Source: Podarcis tiliguerta (Eukaryota). From it: a DNA stretch of 64,000 bases. Position numbers and translations under genes: made by a program. The notes under the pieces were generated by a model. That model saw nothing but the letters and a program-made list of their open reading frames with translations. It searched no databases and had not been told where the DNA came from. This document shows, piece by piece, positions 49,754-63,563 of the stretch; position 1 is the first letter of the stretch; every line of letters begins with the position of its first letter. The stretch lies in NCBI GenBank assembly GCA_965153285.1, contig OZ229129.1; one strand, written 5' to 3'.

Positions 49754-50995
49754 CAGTGATGGCGAACCTTTTAGAGATCGAGTGCCGAAACTGCAACCCA
49801 AAACCCACTTATTTATCGCAAAGTGCCAACACGGCAATTTAACCTATATATCTAATTGTTTTCTGTGTGTTTCATGTTTCTTCTTTATGACTGCTGTTGT
49901 AATAAATAATCCTTCATAAAAGTTCTTGCATTACATTCTTAATTACATTATCTTTCCATTGATATATAATTTTATGGTATAACTCAGTGCTTTTTTTCTT
50001 TAAAAAAAAGTGATTAGGGGTACTCTCATATTGACTCAAGAAAATCACCACCAGGGGAAAAACAAATACAGTTCAAATTAGGAAAAATAAATACAGTCCA
50101 AATTGGGAAAAATAAATACAGTTCAAATTGGGAAAAATAAATACAGTGGTACCTCAGTTTTTGAACAGCTTAGTTCTCAAACTACTTAGAACCTGAACAC
50201 TTCAAACCCAGAAATGAGTGTTCCGGCTTTTGAACATTTTTCAGAAGCTGAATGTGCTCTGTTCTGAGTATAACTTCTGTTTTGAGTGCCACACTTCCGT
50301 TTTCCTAGTGAGGGAAGCTGGGCCGGTGCCTGCAAGTGAGCAGGCACCTGCCACCCTCCAGCGCTGGGTCCCTGCACTGCTGCCACAACAACAACCATAC
50401 CCTCCTCCAGCTCTGGCAGCCCCAGCGCTGAGTGAGAAGGCTGGGCTGGAGGGGCAAGCAAGCAGGCAAGGGATGCTGCCGTCCCCCCCCCCCCAGCCTG
50501 CTTCTGCTTGCAGGCAAGTAGGAGTGGGATCAGGCTGCTCAGCCGGGGAGGCGCAGGCTCTCTCACACTTTCCGTTGAGCGCGGCTGCACTCCCCTCAAG
50601 GGAGAAGTTTAAAGGAGCCCCCACCTCCGCATCAGATCCCCTGCAATCCTATGAAGGCAGCCAGGCTGAATAGTTGCTGGGGTTGGGGAAGGTGGAGGCA
50701 GCCCAAAAGCTGCACTGAGAGCTCCTGCACCACCTGAAGGCAGCCAAGCACTCCTTAGCTGAGCTGCCCGATCCCGCTCCTACTTGCGTGCAATCAGGAG
50801 TGGAGGCAGGGATCCCTCAGCTTGAAGCCATACTCCACATCTGAGAGATCCCCGCCTCCACTGCTGCTTGCACGCAAGCCCTCCTCTCCTCCCACCCCCA
50901 AGCACAGAAGCAACGGCCCTGCTGGGGCGACGCTGCGCATACCCACAGAGAGGGCTCTGAGTCCCCTCTTTGGCATGAGTGCCATAGGTTCACTG
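49754..50995. mobile_element. Composite hAT-Charlie non-autonomous element
   Basis: Left TIR CAGTGATGGCGAACC, shortened right TIR GGTTCACTG and TSD GCCTAGAA/GCCTAGAC. Interior holds a 25-bp tandem repeat and a Tigger-like fragment. Confidence 0.7.
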
Positions 50996-51762
50996 GCCTA
51001 GACGGACCGATGAATAGGATGTACCGATCCTGTTGATTGTTCACAATATCTTCTGAATGCAACTTGCAGAAAATTGTTCTGAAAGTCAATGCCTCATGTA
51101 AATTCTTTCTGGAAAAGTGTAAGACCTGCAGTCCATAACTGTCCTGATTGACACATTGTAATTTTGACCTGACTGCCCCCCACCCCCAATTGGTGATGTA
51201 TCCTTGATGTTTTCCTATGTGTCACTGATATATGTGAGGTGAGATTTATTGTCATTTCACGAGAAATGTAAACCTTTAAAAGGCAGAGCACACTTTGTCT
51301 GGGCTTCTCCTTTCTTTATCTTTAGAGAGGTTGTGTCTGTTGTGACAAATTAACGACAAAAGGCTTAAGAGCCCACTTTGCTTTGGATATTTTCCTGGTT
51401 GTCTTCCCTTTTATTTCTACACTGATCGAGGAACCTGGCTTCTAGCAAAGTACCTCAGGTAACAGGCCAGTTCTAAAGTGAGCACTGATTTCATGTATCA
51501 ACACAGAGGGGTGTGTGAGAATGTGTAGACACTGGCCTGCTGTACAAAAGGGATCATGTCAATTTTTTGGTTTGCTTACTTTCACCTCTGGCCCTGCCCA
51601 CTACGAGTATGTGGCCCCCAGAAGGCTATGAGAAGGAAATGCATTCCTTGGGCTGAAAAAAGTTCCCTCACTGCTCTCCTGGGGGTTCAGCAAAACCAAG
51701 CATACACACCTCAGGACACACACACTCTCTAGGGTCTCATGAAGCCAATGAGAAACACTTAC

Positions 51763-51919
51763 CATTGCCCACTGCCTGGCTTTGATCCTCATCTGGGTGT
51801 AGCTGCGCTCTTCAGCATACAGGGCACCCATGAATGAGCCAATGGAGGTGCCACCAATCATGTCAACTGGGATGCCAGCTTCATTCAGCGCTCGGATGAC
51901 ACCCACTTGGGAACATCCT
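51763..51919 (-). CDS. PNPLA7: PNPLA7 exon, 157 nt: [52 protein letters not shown]; contains the catalytic Ser motif GTSIG
   Basis: Acceptor ctccag, donor GTAAGT. Phase 2 matches the previous exon (CG+A = Arg). Contains the GxSxG nucleophile elbow. Confidence 0.96.
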
Positions 51920-54803
51920 CTGGAGCAATGCAAGATAGGAGTAGCAGGGGGAGAGATAAAAAGTACATTAATAGAGGAACCAGTCAACTGTAGAGAAAAC
52001 CTAAAATGGCAGCTGTCAAAAGAAATGCGAGGCTCCTCTGGCTGGAGACAACTTCAAAAGTTAGGCCTGTGGTCAATCCACTTTAAAAAAGAGAATTGAC
52101 ACCCAATACGTGCTATTTCAGCACAACAAAAAGCATTACTCCAGGACCTCAAGAAGATTACGCAAAACACTCACATGTATAAATTGTGTAAGATGGTGAA
52201 GATCTGCACAAAACTATTCTCTGTTCAGGAACCCCACCTGCTAAGCTGATACTGACTGGGTTCAATCTAGGGGAGGCTGGATTGGACGGCTGGATCAGTG
52301 GCCGCTGATATTGACACTTGCTATTTAGTGATTTGTTATAAATTGTTGTGTTCTTACTTTAAAGATTGTGAGATTCTTTTCCTCCTATAGCTTTTTTTGG
52401 TATTTCTTCTCTTCTTTTGTTTGAAAACCACATTGTGAGTTGTGCATAGGGTAGTATATAAATAAATCTCAATGTATAAAAATTAAAAATAATACTGCAT
52501 TGACTTATCCTGCTAACCAAAAAAAAAGAGGGCAAGAAAGCAACAGCCCTGCTATCATAATCACTAGAACTCTTATTCAGCAACTTCTCTGGCTTGTGAG
52601 ATTTCAGCAGGTGCATAAGCCCTTCTTTCGAAGAAGAACTTCGAAATTTTGATAAAATCAAATTTGCTGAGATCAACATTCAGAAGCTGAAATCCACACC
52701 CAGCACAAGATTCCTAGGCTTTACTTCTCTGCCCCAGTGGCCTACAAAAAACCCAGCCCAGGATAAAATTAACTCAGTGGTGCAGAGTGGGGACACTCTG
52801 TATATGCTCAGTTTATCCTCCCTAGGTCTTGACATTGAAGATGGACAACAAAGCTAAGCTGTGGTGAGCTTTGAGCCATCCTGGGTCCAAGATAAAAAGA
52901 GACACCACACCAGGTTTAGCCCAGCTCTTGTGCAATAAGGCCCAAGATGGATACACAACAGGTGCTGGGGTTAAACTTGGGACCTTCTGCATGCAAGGCA
53001 GATGCTCTGCTACTACAGCCGTACCTCTTAAGATTCTAATCCTCTTAAGATTCTAATCCGAATTAAACAGGGAGTAGGATACTGTCTTACACCAAGTCAG
53101 TTGTGTGGTCCATCTAGATCAGTATTATCTACACTGAATGACAGCAGCTGTGAATCAGGTAGGTAGTCTATCCTAGCCCTACCTAGAGAAGCTTAGGATT
53201 GAGCCTGGGACCTCCTCCCTGCAAAGCTACAGCTCTACTACCAGCTATGGCCCTTCCACCTAAGACAGCTGCCTCATACAAGGACCAGCCCTGAACATGT
53301 CCCTATTCCTCCTCATCCTGTTTTAGAGTAGTCCCAACAGGCCTATTGGCAAGATTGGCCTGGCCCATGCTGACCTCTGGTCTGGCCATGTCAGTGTGCT
53401 TCCCTCTGCACCACACACCCTCACAGCTTCACAAACAGTAGAGTTGGATAGACACCAAAATCCAGCTTGCTCCCCCCTTGGATAGTTGTTTTCACTTAGC
53501 AGACATGAAACGTTGCAATTTGAGCACAGTTATGTGTTGGGAACTGTGACAGGGAAAGTAAGGGGGGGAGCGAGAGAGAGTGCACTGCTTCTGTTCTCTA
53601 TCATGACAAATTGCAAAAAAGGAAAAAAGAGGTAATTACCGTGAAGTGGCTGGCTGGAAGGAAGAAGAAGAAAGGAAGAACAGAAGAAAGTATCTCAACG
53701 GTAATTGTTACCTGAGATGCCTGGCAAAGTTGCCTGTTTCGGGAACATAAAGCAGCCCCACCACCCCCCAATCACCATGGAGAGGCTGTCTTTTGCCTGT
53801 CTTATGTGCCACTGGCTATGGTTCAGCAAGAAAGGAAACCAAACAAAAGGAAAACGCCACAGTTCACTGTGAATGCCAAGTGCCTGTCAGAAACAGGCAG
53901 CCTCCCTTTCAAGGTCCAGGAACGGCTTTTAAAACATTTGCCCCCCTCTCCCCCACAATGCAAACAATAATAATATGGGGGGGGGGGTTAGTGCTTGCAC
54001 ATGAGGCCGTGTGTGGATGATTCTCCAAACAGAGCAGAATGTGGTGCTGGGTGTACAGTTTCGCTTCACAAGAGTCTGTGCTTTACATTTTCAGTCTGGG
54101 GACTGGGGAGCCTTCAGAGGGCAGCATGCCAGGGGTGGGCAGAGCCAGCAAGAAAATATGTGGGGCAATGAATGCAGAATTTACCTCTGTACAGTGGGCT
54201 GCCTAAACCCACTCCCCCTACCTCAGTCAACCATCACTTCAGATAATAAGCATTATCCGAGTCCCAAGGACACATCCCAGCCAGGCAAAAAACACATGGA
54301 ATAGGAAGCAGGGCCAGAAGGATATGGGACCTGGGAAGAGTCCCAAGGGCCAGGCAGAGAGGCCTGTAGGTTTAATCTGCCTTCACCCTAGTGTCACTAA
54401 GCCCAAGAATGTGCAACTGAATTAGCTGCCTCCTGAATTATTCTTCCTCCTGCTTACATGGACTCCATTTTTCTACCCTTCCTCTGTGCTGAACTTCAAA
54501 TCAGAAACCTCTTCAGGGCAAGGGCTGCAGACCGACCATACATTTAAAGTACATGGTTTCCCTCAAAGGGTCCTGGGAAATGTAGTTTAACCCTCACGGA
54601 GCTTAGAATTTCCAACCTCCTTAACAAACTAGTGCCTATGATTCTTCCTGGGGAGTAGGGCTTTAAATGTATGGTGCGTACACAACCTAGCACTTTGCAA
54701 ACCTCTATATCGTAGCAATTATAAAGTTCCTCAGAATTTATTGTTATGAGCGAGAGAGCATGCATATACATCCATTGGCAGCCATGAGGCTTTAACAAGC
54801 AGT

Positions 54804-55164
54804 AAAAAGGTAAAGGTAAAGGACCCCTGACAGTTAAGTCCAGTCGTGAACGACTCTGGGGTGGAGACGCTCATCTCGCTTTACTGACCGAGGGAGCCGG
54901 TGTACAGCTTCCGGGTCATGTGGCCAGCATGACTAAGCTGCTTCTGGCGAAACCAGAGCAGCGCACGGAAACACCGTTTACCTTCCCGCCGGAGCGGTAC
55001 CTATTTATCTACTTGCACTTTGACGTACTTTCAAACTGCTAGGTTGGCAGGAGCTGGGACCGAACAACGGGAGCTCACCCCATCGAGGGGATTCGAACCG
55101 CCAACCTTTTGATCAGCAAGCCCAAGAGGCTCAGTGGTTTAGACCACAGCACCACCCACGCCCC
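54804..55164 (-). mobile_element. Full-length Sauria SINE
   Basis: (ACCTTT)n tail, full body and B box GGTTCGAATCC. Confidence 0.88.
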
Positions 55165-57748
55165 TTAATCTAAGCACAGAAAGAAATAACGCTTCCTTCC
55201 CTAAGAAGTGCATAATCTGAGCTATAACAGAGGAAAGGGTGGGGAAGAGAGGCCAGAGCTACAAGGTGGTGATGGTGGGAATGGGAAGAAACACAGTTAC
55301 ATGTCTTTATTTCAGTTGAAGATGCAGAAGCAGCACTTGGCTGCTTTCTAAATTAATTAATTATTTAAATATTTCTATTAACCATTCCCAGTGCGGTAAA
55401 TCCATTAAAACACTGCTAGCACACCTGCAGTAAATCCTGTTCTACTATGGCATAGAGGAGGGGAATACAGAAAACAGAGGAGAAACAAAGGAATACATAT
55501 GTATTTTTTTAAAGAGAGTGAAGTAATACAGTAAGCATGCAAGTTACATGCATTTAACTTGTGTGCATTCAGCTTTACGCATCTGGCAAACAAGCAAACA
55601 AACAAACAAACAAACAAATAGCAGATGGGTGTCCACGGGAAAAGACCTGCCATTGAACAATATATGTTTCTATACGTGATTTTGGCTTTAGGTGCGATCC
55701 CTGGAATGTAACAGCCACATGTCACAGGCTTGCTGTATATTAAACACAATTTGAGAAGGGCTGCTTATCAGTAGTGGAGCATATGCTCGGAAAATCCCAG
55801 GTTCAATCCCCAGTAGCATCTCCAGGGAAGGCTGGAAGAGACCTGCGTCTCAAACCCTGGAGAGCTGCTGCCGGTCTGTGTAAACCACTGAACTAGATGG
55901 AACAGGGGTCCTAATTCAGCTTAACACAGCTTCCTGTGTACCTCAGGGAACATCAGAGGAAAGGAAACAGCAGAATGATAGAAGTAACCCTGAGAGCAGG
56001 CGACCTACCACATAGGGGTATTCCAAAGACAAATAAGGCGGGAGAGAGAGACTTAAAACAGTTTGTGGAGAGTGCTAGGAAATATGGTCAACAAGATATG
56101 GGAAGAAGGGCTTCCAGGTCTTTTTGAGATTCTGATGTTCTCCCGGGTTGATTTCAGGGCCACCCTCACCCCCAATTTCACAAAGCTACAAATGCTGTCT
56201 CCCTCTCTCTCCCGCTCCCATCAGCTTGAAGCCAGAAGGGAAGGAAAAGTGGGATATTTAGAATATTTAACAAAAGGAGGGGAGGTATAAATACACATCT
56301 GGGCTGGAACAAATGTGTGGGCGATTTTTTACTTATGGCATTTCTCCCAAACCCTGGAACAATCAGTGAGGGACTTGCAGCTAGGTGTCAGGGGACTAAT
56401 TACCCATGTGAAAGGAGAGGAGACAAGAAAATTCCAAGGTTCATTTCAATTTAAGGCGGGATGCATCAGCAAACACCCCCCACACCACTTCTGCAAGTGC
56501 CGCAACCTCCTCCCCCAAGGACAAAAGGGAATGACATTTACAACCCAGAGCCAGCAGCCTTAAATGATCCTGAATGGTCCACCAAGGATATAACAGGGGC
56601 AAACATCACCGCCGCACACGGCATAGTTGCTGAAAGACATGGGGAGGCGAATGGGGTGTGCAGAGAACAAAAGGAAGGCATGCAGTTCCTGGAGTTGCAG
56701 GAGCCCAGAATTGCCCTTGCATGTCTCAGTGCCAGAAGAGACTTCTCCAAAAATAACCTGCACACCAGTACAGAACTCTCCGCTTGCACACAGAGGCATT
56801 GTTTAGGATCAGCTGTCATAAAGATGTGTTGGGAGGGATTTGCTAGGTTCAAGGTTGAAGTCTTAATCTTCAAAGGGCTATTTTATTTAATTGTAACACT
56901 GATATCCCACCTTTGCCTCCAAAGAGCTCACGGTGGCAGACATGGTTCCCTTCCTCCTCATTTTATCCTCACAAGCAGCTTGTGAGGTAGCTTAGGCAGA
57001 GAGACTGTGACTCACCCGAGGTTACCCAGTGAGTTTCATGGCTGAGTAGCAATTTGAAGCCTGGTCTTCCAAGCCCTAGTCCACAGACTAACCACAACAC
57101 CACACTGGCCTGAAAAACCTGGCCCCAAGGCACTTCAAAGGGCTATCTGATTCCTTATTCGGCACCTCAATCACAGAGAACTTCTGATGGGTACTTTTTG
57201 TGGTTCCCAGGCATAGAGTCTTCAGTGTGGCAGGATCTGCACTGCAGAACTCATTGCCCTAAGAAGTATGGTGGAAGACACCTCTGCTTTCCATTCAACG
57301 TCTGTTAAAGAACTGTACTGTTCCAACAGACCTTGGGAACTTTCCCTTTTTTTAAATCGACAATCTTTAATGATATGATAGTTATGCTTTTACAGGCTTT
57401 ATTATTGCGGAACTGTGTATTCAGTGTTGTAGAATCATAGAATTGTAGAGTTGAAAAGACCCTCAACAGCCGTCTAGTCCAACTCCCTGGAATGTACGCT
57501 GCCTTGTTATATTTTCTATGGAAGCATTGTTTGTAAATAGTAAATTAAATTAAAATGTATGAATTAAGTCAATAAATACGAGCCAGGATATCTGGTAGTT
57601 ATAAAAGAACCAAACGGGGGGGGGGGGGCACACAAAATCCAGCCAGTTGCTGCAGTTAGTTAGTTAACTGCAAAATGGCCCAATGGATCTGGCAGCCTCC
57701 CAGTAGCCGAACCCCAGAAGGATCTCAAACCGCTTTGGCCATTCTTAC

Positions 57749-57867
57749 CGAGCTCCGCCTCCTCCAAGCACTAAAGCGACCGCATTCCCTGTCAGGACAC
57801 GGGCCAGCCGGGAGAAGTCTGAATGTCTGTCCGGAAGCTTCTGAAACACCCTCTCGTACAGTTCTTT
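57749..57867 (-). CDS. PNPLA7: PNPLA7 exon, 119 nt: [39 protein letters not shown](R); start of patatin domain, Gly-rich oxyanion loop
   Basis: Acceptor ttcag, donor GTAAGA. Matches the NTE-family [29 protein letters not shown] motif. Phase 0 in, phase 2 out. Confidence 0.95.
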
Positions 57868-60473
57868 CTGAAGGTGAGAAAGAGAGAGGTGGTCAAGGCC
57901 ATCTCAGATCAAGCATACAGAAGAGGGAACTTTGTATATATTTGAGGAAAGGGAGAGGATAGCTCCCCACTGTTTCAGAAAGAAAATCTCAGGTTGCAAT
58001 GTACTGTTGTCTTAAAAAAATAAACCCCACAACTAACTGAGATAATCAATTTATGTCAAAAGAAAGAAAAATGAACCCCCAAATACATGGAGTTGTATTC
58101 AGTGTTAAGTCACAATTCCCAGAGTAATTTAACGATCAATCCCAGGGGACCCTGGGAATTGTAGCTCTGTGAGGGGGATAGGGGCTCTCCTACCAAGTCT
58201 CAGCACCCTTTGCAAACTGCAACTCCCAGGATTCCTTGGGGGGAAGCCATGATTATTTAAAGTGGCACCACAGTGCTTTAAATGTATGGTGCTTTTTGGG
58301 CCTCTGACACCACCTTATACAATTCTATGCCAGCCTAAGCAATGAACTGCCCAACTACTTAAACACACACCACAAAGTGTGTCGTTTTCTGTTAATTTGG
58401 GCTGCAATCCAAATGTTTGCTGAATCATTCACAAGACCAGTTTTAACATAAACCCATCCCAGGAAAACCAGCTGTGAGACCAGTCTCCCACTCTCTCATC
58501 ATCATTACACAACTGCATCTGAACATATAAAGCAGCCTTAATCAGAATGGATCCCTCCAGGCCAGAATTGACACTGGAGAGCCACTGCCAGTCACACACA
58601 AACCACAGGGGAAAGGGGAGGATCTTTCTCAACCTAACTGGGTAACAGAACTGGCAATTGAACCTGAGACTCTGCCATGCAAAGCACTTAGCTGTGGTCC
58701 CCTGCCTAAAGATAAAGTAAGATTCTAGACCTCATGGTTCTGAATAAAGAGCTGGTTTAAATAGGGATCTAAGAAGCTGCCTTATCTCAAATCAGAACAT
58801 TGGTCCATCTAGCTCAATATTTTCTACATTGATTGGCAGCTGCCCAGGGTCTCATCCAGGGGGTTCTTTCCCTGGTCCCACCTGGAGACACTGCGGATTG
58901 AACCTGGAACCTCTGGCATGCAAAGCATTTGCTCCAACACTCAGCGATGGCCACTCCCGTTTATTGACAGCATACAAAGTGCTCTATGTATGTCGCTGCA
59001 AGTCATCTTTGCAACAGCTACTGTGATACATGCTGGAGTTATTAGCGACATATCCCAAAAATGTATTGAGCAGTTCAACTAATGTATCTATTGGGCTTAC
59101 AGCCAAAATGAGATTTTGCACCTATGCTTCACAGCTCAGTCTTTGCTGCTGTGCACCTTGTCTTGCATCATTCCTAAGCTTTCAATCTCTCCTTCCTCTG
59201 TCTCCAAACCCAGCAGTAACAATACCACACATGGACTGTCCTGGCTTAACCCCAATAAAGAACTTGAACTCAGAGTGTGGTTTCTACTCAAATGCTTAAT
59301 GCTGATGTTGGTGTGATACATGGGCGAAACGCTGTTCAAAGGCACAAGGAAAGACCTTGATTCAACAATGGCATGCTCCCTGAAATCCTGTTATGAGGGA
59401 AAGGGGAGGGGCACAACTTAGCGGGGCCAGCGGTTCTGAGCCTTAGACTGGGCAAGCAGCCTAGCACTTTTCTAAGAAGAAGGAACCAGACCCATCTGTT
59501 CCATGCCTGTGCTGGCAGTCCCATGACCTGGGTGACAGAGAGGAGGCATTACTGCCTCCTCACAGCTGGATGGGACAGGAAGAGTAAAACACATGCACAC
59601 ACATGAAGGGTGGGACTAGAAATGGTTTCTGCTAACTCCAGAGGTAGCGCTGGTGGGGCAAAGATGATGAGCCCAAACCAGCCTCTAGCAACTCCAGAGA
59701 TGAAACCTGTGCCTCACACTGTAGAGGACTAGTGGGGAAATTGGGTGAAGCAAGGGAAATCCCCCCCACATACTAAGATCTTACCTAGGATACTCTTTCT
59801 TGGGCTATCCCAGCCTGGGGAGAGACCTTCCGAGCCTACTAGATCCTTCCCAGAGTCATTCGTCGGCCACTGCTCTTCTCTGTCCTGCCCTTGCCAGCCC
59901 CCCACCTTGGCCTCTTCCACACACTCAGGGTCTACGGCACACACATACACAACATGTAACACTTTTCAGTTACATGAGTAATATTGTCCAAATAATCAAT
60001 ACAATAATGCTGATTTACTGAAAATGAATTACTGTACTCTTTTATTGAATGTGAATATAGCTTGTTAAACTTGGCAGATTCAGCACTTTTCACCTGGCCT
60101 ATTTGCCATTCTCTTACACTGGATATATAACCCTAATTACTAACATCTGTCATATAAAATCCATGCTAAGCACATCATATATCATTTCTCTGTGTTCTTC
60201 TCAGTGCTCTCTTTGCACCTGTTAATAAAGGACAGAACCTACATCAGCTTGAAAGCATGGGTTTGGACCTAGTGATCATCCTACTCAACAGCAGAGCCAC
60301 TGAAATTAATAGGCATGGCTATCTTGGATCAATTCATTTCAGTGGATCTACTCTGAACAAATATTGCATAGTAATCTGATATTTTGCAATTTCTTTATTG
60401 GTTTTAAACTCAACACACAGCATAGGAACATAACACTGTCAACATTTTTTGCCATGAAGACTGATCCCTACAT

Positions 60474-60965
60474 TTCTTCTTTGGCAATCACTCATAGCCG
60501 AGTAAGATTGTCTTCCAAGAACACGGTCTTAACAGTAAGTGACTGTGGAGGCCAATTCTGGATCCACACGTCCTTCCACAGTGGGAACATAGGTTTCCGG
60601 GCAGCAGTTGATCATGGTGGGGGTTTTCCAAATGTGCCTTCCTTTTAGCACATTTCTCCCTTTGGTCCCGAATTCGAGCGTCTTCAAAGACCATGACACC
60701 TTTGGTAAAGGCCGTTCTCTGATTGGAGCACTCGCAGGCTAGTGTTTCTCAGTTGTCGGGGTTTATACAACATTTTTTTAGATTTGCCTTGAGAGAGTCT
60801 TTAAACCTCTCTTGTTGATCACCAGCATTACGCTTTCCATTTTCAAGTTTGGAATAGAGAAGTTGTTTGGAAGACTATAATCAGGCGTCCGAACAACATA
60901 ACAAAGAATCATTTGAAGAAGCATTGCTTCGACACTGGTGATCTTTGCTTCTTCCAGTACACTGG
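60474..60965 (-). mobile_element. RTE-clade LINE 3' fragment, degenerate
   Basis: Encodes SVLEEAKITSVEAML..., FEDARI....KRK and CSHCGRTCGSRIGLHSHL, an RTE C-terminal zinc-finger-like motif. Confidence 0.8.
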
Positions 60966-61025
60966 CAAGTGATATGTAAAATTTTTCAGAGATACCGTTG
61001 ATGGAATCTTTTGAGGAGTTGGAGA

Positions 61026-61047
61026 TGGAGTTTATAAGTGGTCCGCA

Positions 61048-61078
<31 letters not shown>
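61026..61078. repeat. (GC)n(CA)n alternating purine-pyrimidine tract. Other (CA/TG)n tracts at 9280, 10539, 17593 and 49253
   Basis: Directly visible. Confidence 0.9.
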
Positions 61079-62230
61079 TTGATGGCTGCTATAATCAGGC
61101 CAGCTAACAAGTATACAAAGGGGACTATACGTTATTCAGGAGAAGAGGGTCAATTGCTTCTGAGTAATTAACCAGGAAATAAAACAGCTCATCAAGGATG
61201 CCAGGGGGAAGCGGGGTGGGGAGAGTGCAAGGCTTGGTCTGATCGTCTCACACTGTGCAATTGCCTGACATGACAGAAGGCCACCCTAGGGTGGGTGTGG
61301 AAGGAAGGAAGAGTGAAGAAAACAACACACACACCCCACAAGGATACAAATGTCTGGGGAGAAAGAGGCAAGCACCCAGGTGCACAAACATCATCTCTCA
61401 CACTCATAATATGGGGAAGCGTCCCCAGGGAGCACTCAGAGCTTGGTGACAGAGCACATGCTTAGCATGCAGAAGGTCCCAGATTCAGTCCCTCCCTTCT
61501 CCAGCAAAAAGAAGAGGAAAGAGCTTTTACCTGCTTAAGACCCTGAAGAGCAGCCAGTCAGAGCAGGCAATACTGGCCAAAGTGAAGCTACCTTAAGTAG
61601 TAGCTGATGGATCAGGCCAAAGACAGCCCATCTAGTTCAGCATTCTGTTCTCACAGTGGCCAACCAGATGCCCCAATGGGATACCCGCAAGCAGGAAACA
61701 TGAATGCAACAGCAACTTCCTCAGCTTGTTCTTTCCAGCAATTAGTATTCAGAGTATTCTGAGGCTTGCCTCAGACAGTGAGCAAGCCACGATGACTACT
61801 AGCCTTGACAGCAATGTTCTCCCTCTACCGGTGGAGGCAGTTGTTGTTGGCATCTGTCTGTCTCGAGAGACAATGGAGTGTGCCCCTGGGGGTGAAACCA
61901 AACTACTGGAGAATCACAGCACCTGCTGCCTGGGCAATGTGTAGAGAGAGAGGTCCTGGGCTGCCCAGACGAACAAGAATGCCCCCTTGGCCCTGTTTGT
62001 ATAGTCCAAAGAAAAGCAGAGCAATATGCTTGGAACCAGCTTGGATGCATGAATTGCTGGAAGGAGGTGTACAAACACAATCCAATCACTTTAGGGTCTC
62101 CACTTAGCCTTGTCTTCTTCTGAAGATATCCCACAAGGCAATGGAGGTTTAGGATCAGAGTCTTCCTTCTCCTAGATGGGCTACCTTCCCAGGTTAATGA
62201 GTCCCATCTGCCCTTCACTTTCCTCTACAG

Positions 62231-63563
62231 TAGTGTTTCCCAACTTTTTTCCAACCATGGCCCCCTCCCGACTTTGTTTCCTTCCTGTGGCTCCCCCCAT
62301 GGGTGTAGCCGGGGGGAGGGGCAAGGGGCAGCTGCCCCCCCAAGTAAGTAAAAATCAACACAAATCTGAGGTTCTGCACCCCCAACAAAAATCCTGGCTA
62401 TGCCCATCCCCCTCCCACCCTCCCAGTAGAAAGGTAGCTAGTTAAATGTTTTGTTTGTAAACAGAACATGTTTCATTTATAATTTTTATAATGTTTTGTT
62501 TGTAAACAGAACATGTTTCATTTATAATTTTTATAATTTATACAAAATGCAATTACATAAAATGATAGGACCATGATGCAATATTGTTGAAGAAGAAAAA
62601 CATAGAATCATGGAGCTAGGAGGGACCCCCAATAGTCATATTTCTAGTGCAACCGCCTGCAATGTAGGAAACTCAGCTAATGCATCCATGACAGATGGCC
62701 ATCCAACCTCTGCTTAAAAACCTCCAAGGAAGGAGAGTCCACAACCTCCCAAAGGAGATCCATCTTCCATGCATTATAAAAAGTAAAAACTTATTTGACC
62801 CCCGTTAATTAACACATAGGGGGAAACCTACAGATACAGTCCAAAAGGTGCTCAAGGATTTCTGTATATATGTGAGGATTTTAAAAGCAAGTGGTCCTCA
62901 CTGACCTGATCAAAAAGATATTGTCATCCGAAGGATTCCTGGCTGCCTAGATAAAATACTATAGCCCCACATACCCTTACCTGGGAGTAAGGCCCACTGT
63001 ACTCAGTGTGACTTTCTTCTGAGTAGACAGTTATTTACTAGATGCAAGCGAGCAGCACCAAACAACCCTGCTTGGCTAGGTGCTGGGGTGGATTGCACCC
63101 TGCGCCTTGCAGAGTCAGGCCCAGGCTGCCACCTGGCCCAGCACTGGTGGCAGCAACAAGCAGCTCCAGCTCGCCCAGCCCTACCCATTGCCACCCCACT
63201 ATCGCAGTTACCTGACCTTGAGATTCTGCATCACAAGCTCTACTGGTCAAAACAGGGGCCTCAGCAATCATCCTCTCCCACTGGAAACAAACCAGGACTG
63301 TCCCAAGAAAATGCATGTGGCATAAAGGAGCATTAGGTCCTCATGGGTCCCCTTAGGGTCCCCTTACCCACTTGTGATTGGTCCAGTGGATAGCCTGCCA
63401 ATAGGGATTATTATTTTTTAAATGTTTTCTTCATTTCTCACTTCCCTCTGTGGCCCCCTAGCCTTGTGTTATGGCTCCCTCATTTACATGATTTTCACCT
63501 GTGGCCCCCTTGGAATATTTGGGGTGGGGGCAGAGGCATATGGCCTCTGGTTGGGAAACATTG
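62231..63563. mobile_element. hAT-Charlie non-autonomous element (1.33 kb) with a nested MITE (62298-62407) and a CR1 3' end (about 62600-62770)
   Basis: TIRs TAGTGTTTCCCAAC/GTTGGGAAACATTG. Perfect 8-bp TSD CTCTACAG (62223-62230, 63564-63571). Confidence 0.82.

Noticed and set aside
50058-50147. CRISPR-like short repeat array
   Set aside because: Head-to-tail minisatellite without unique spacers, in a vertebrate intron.
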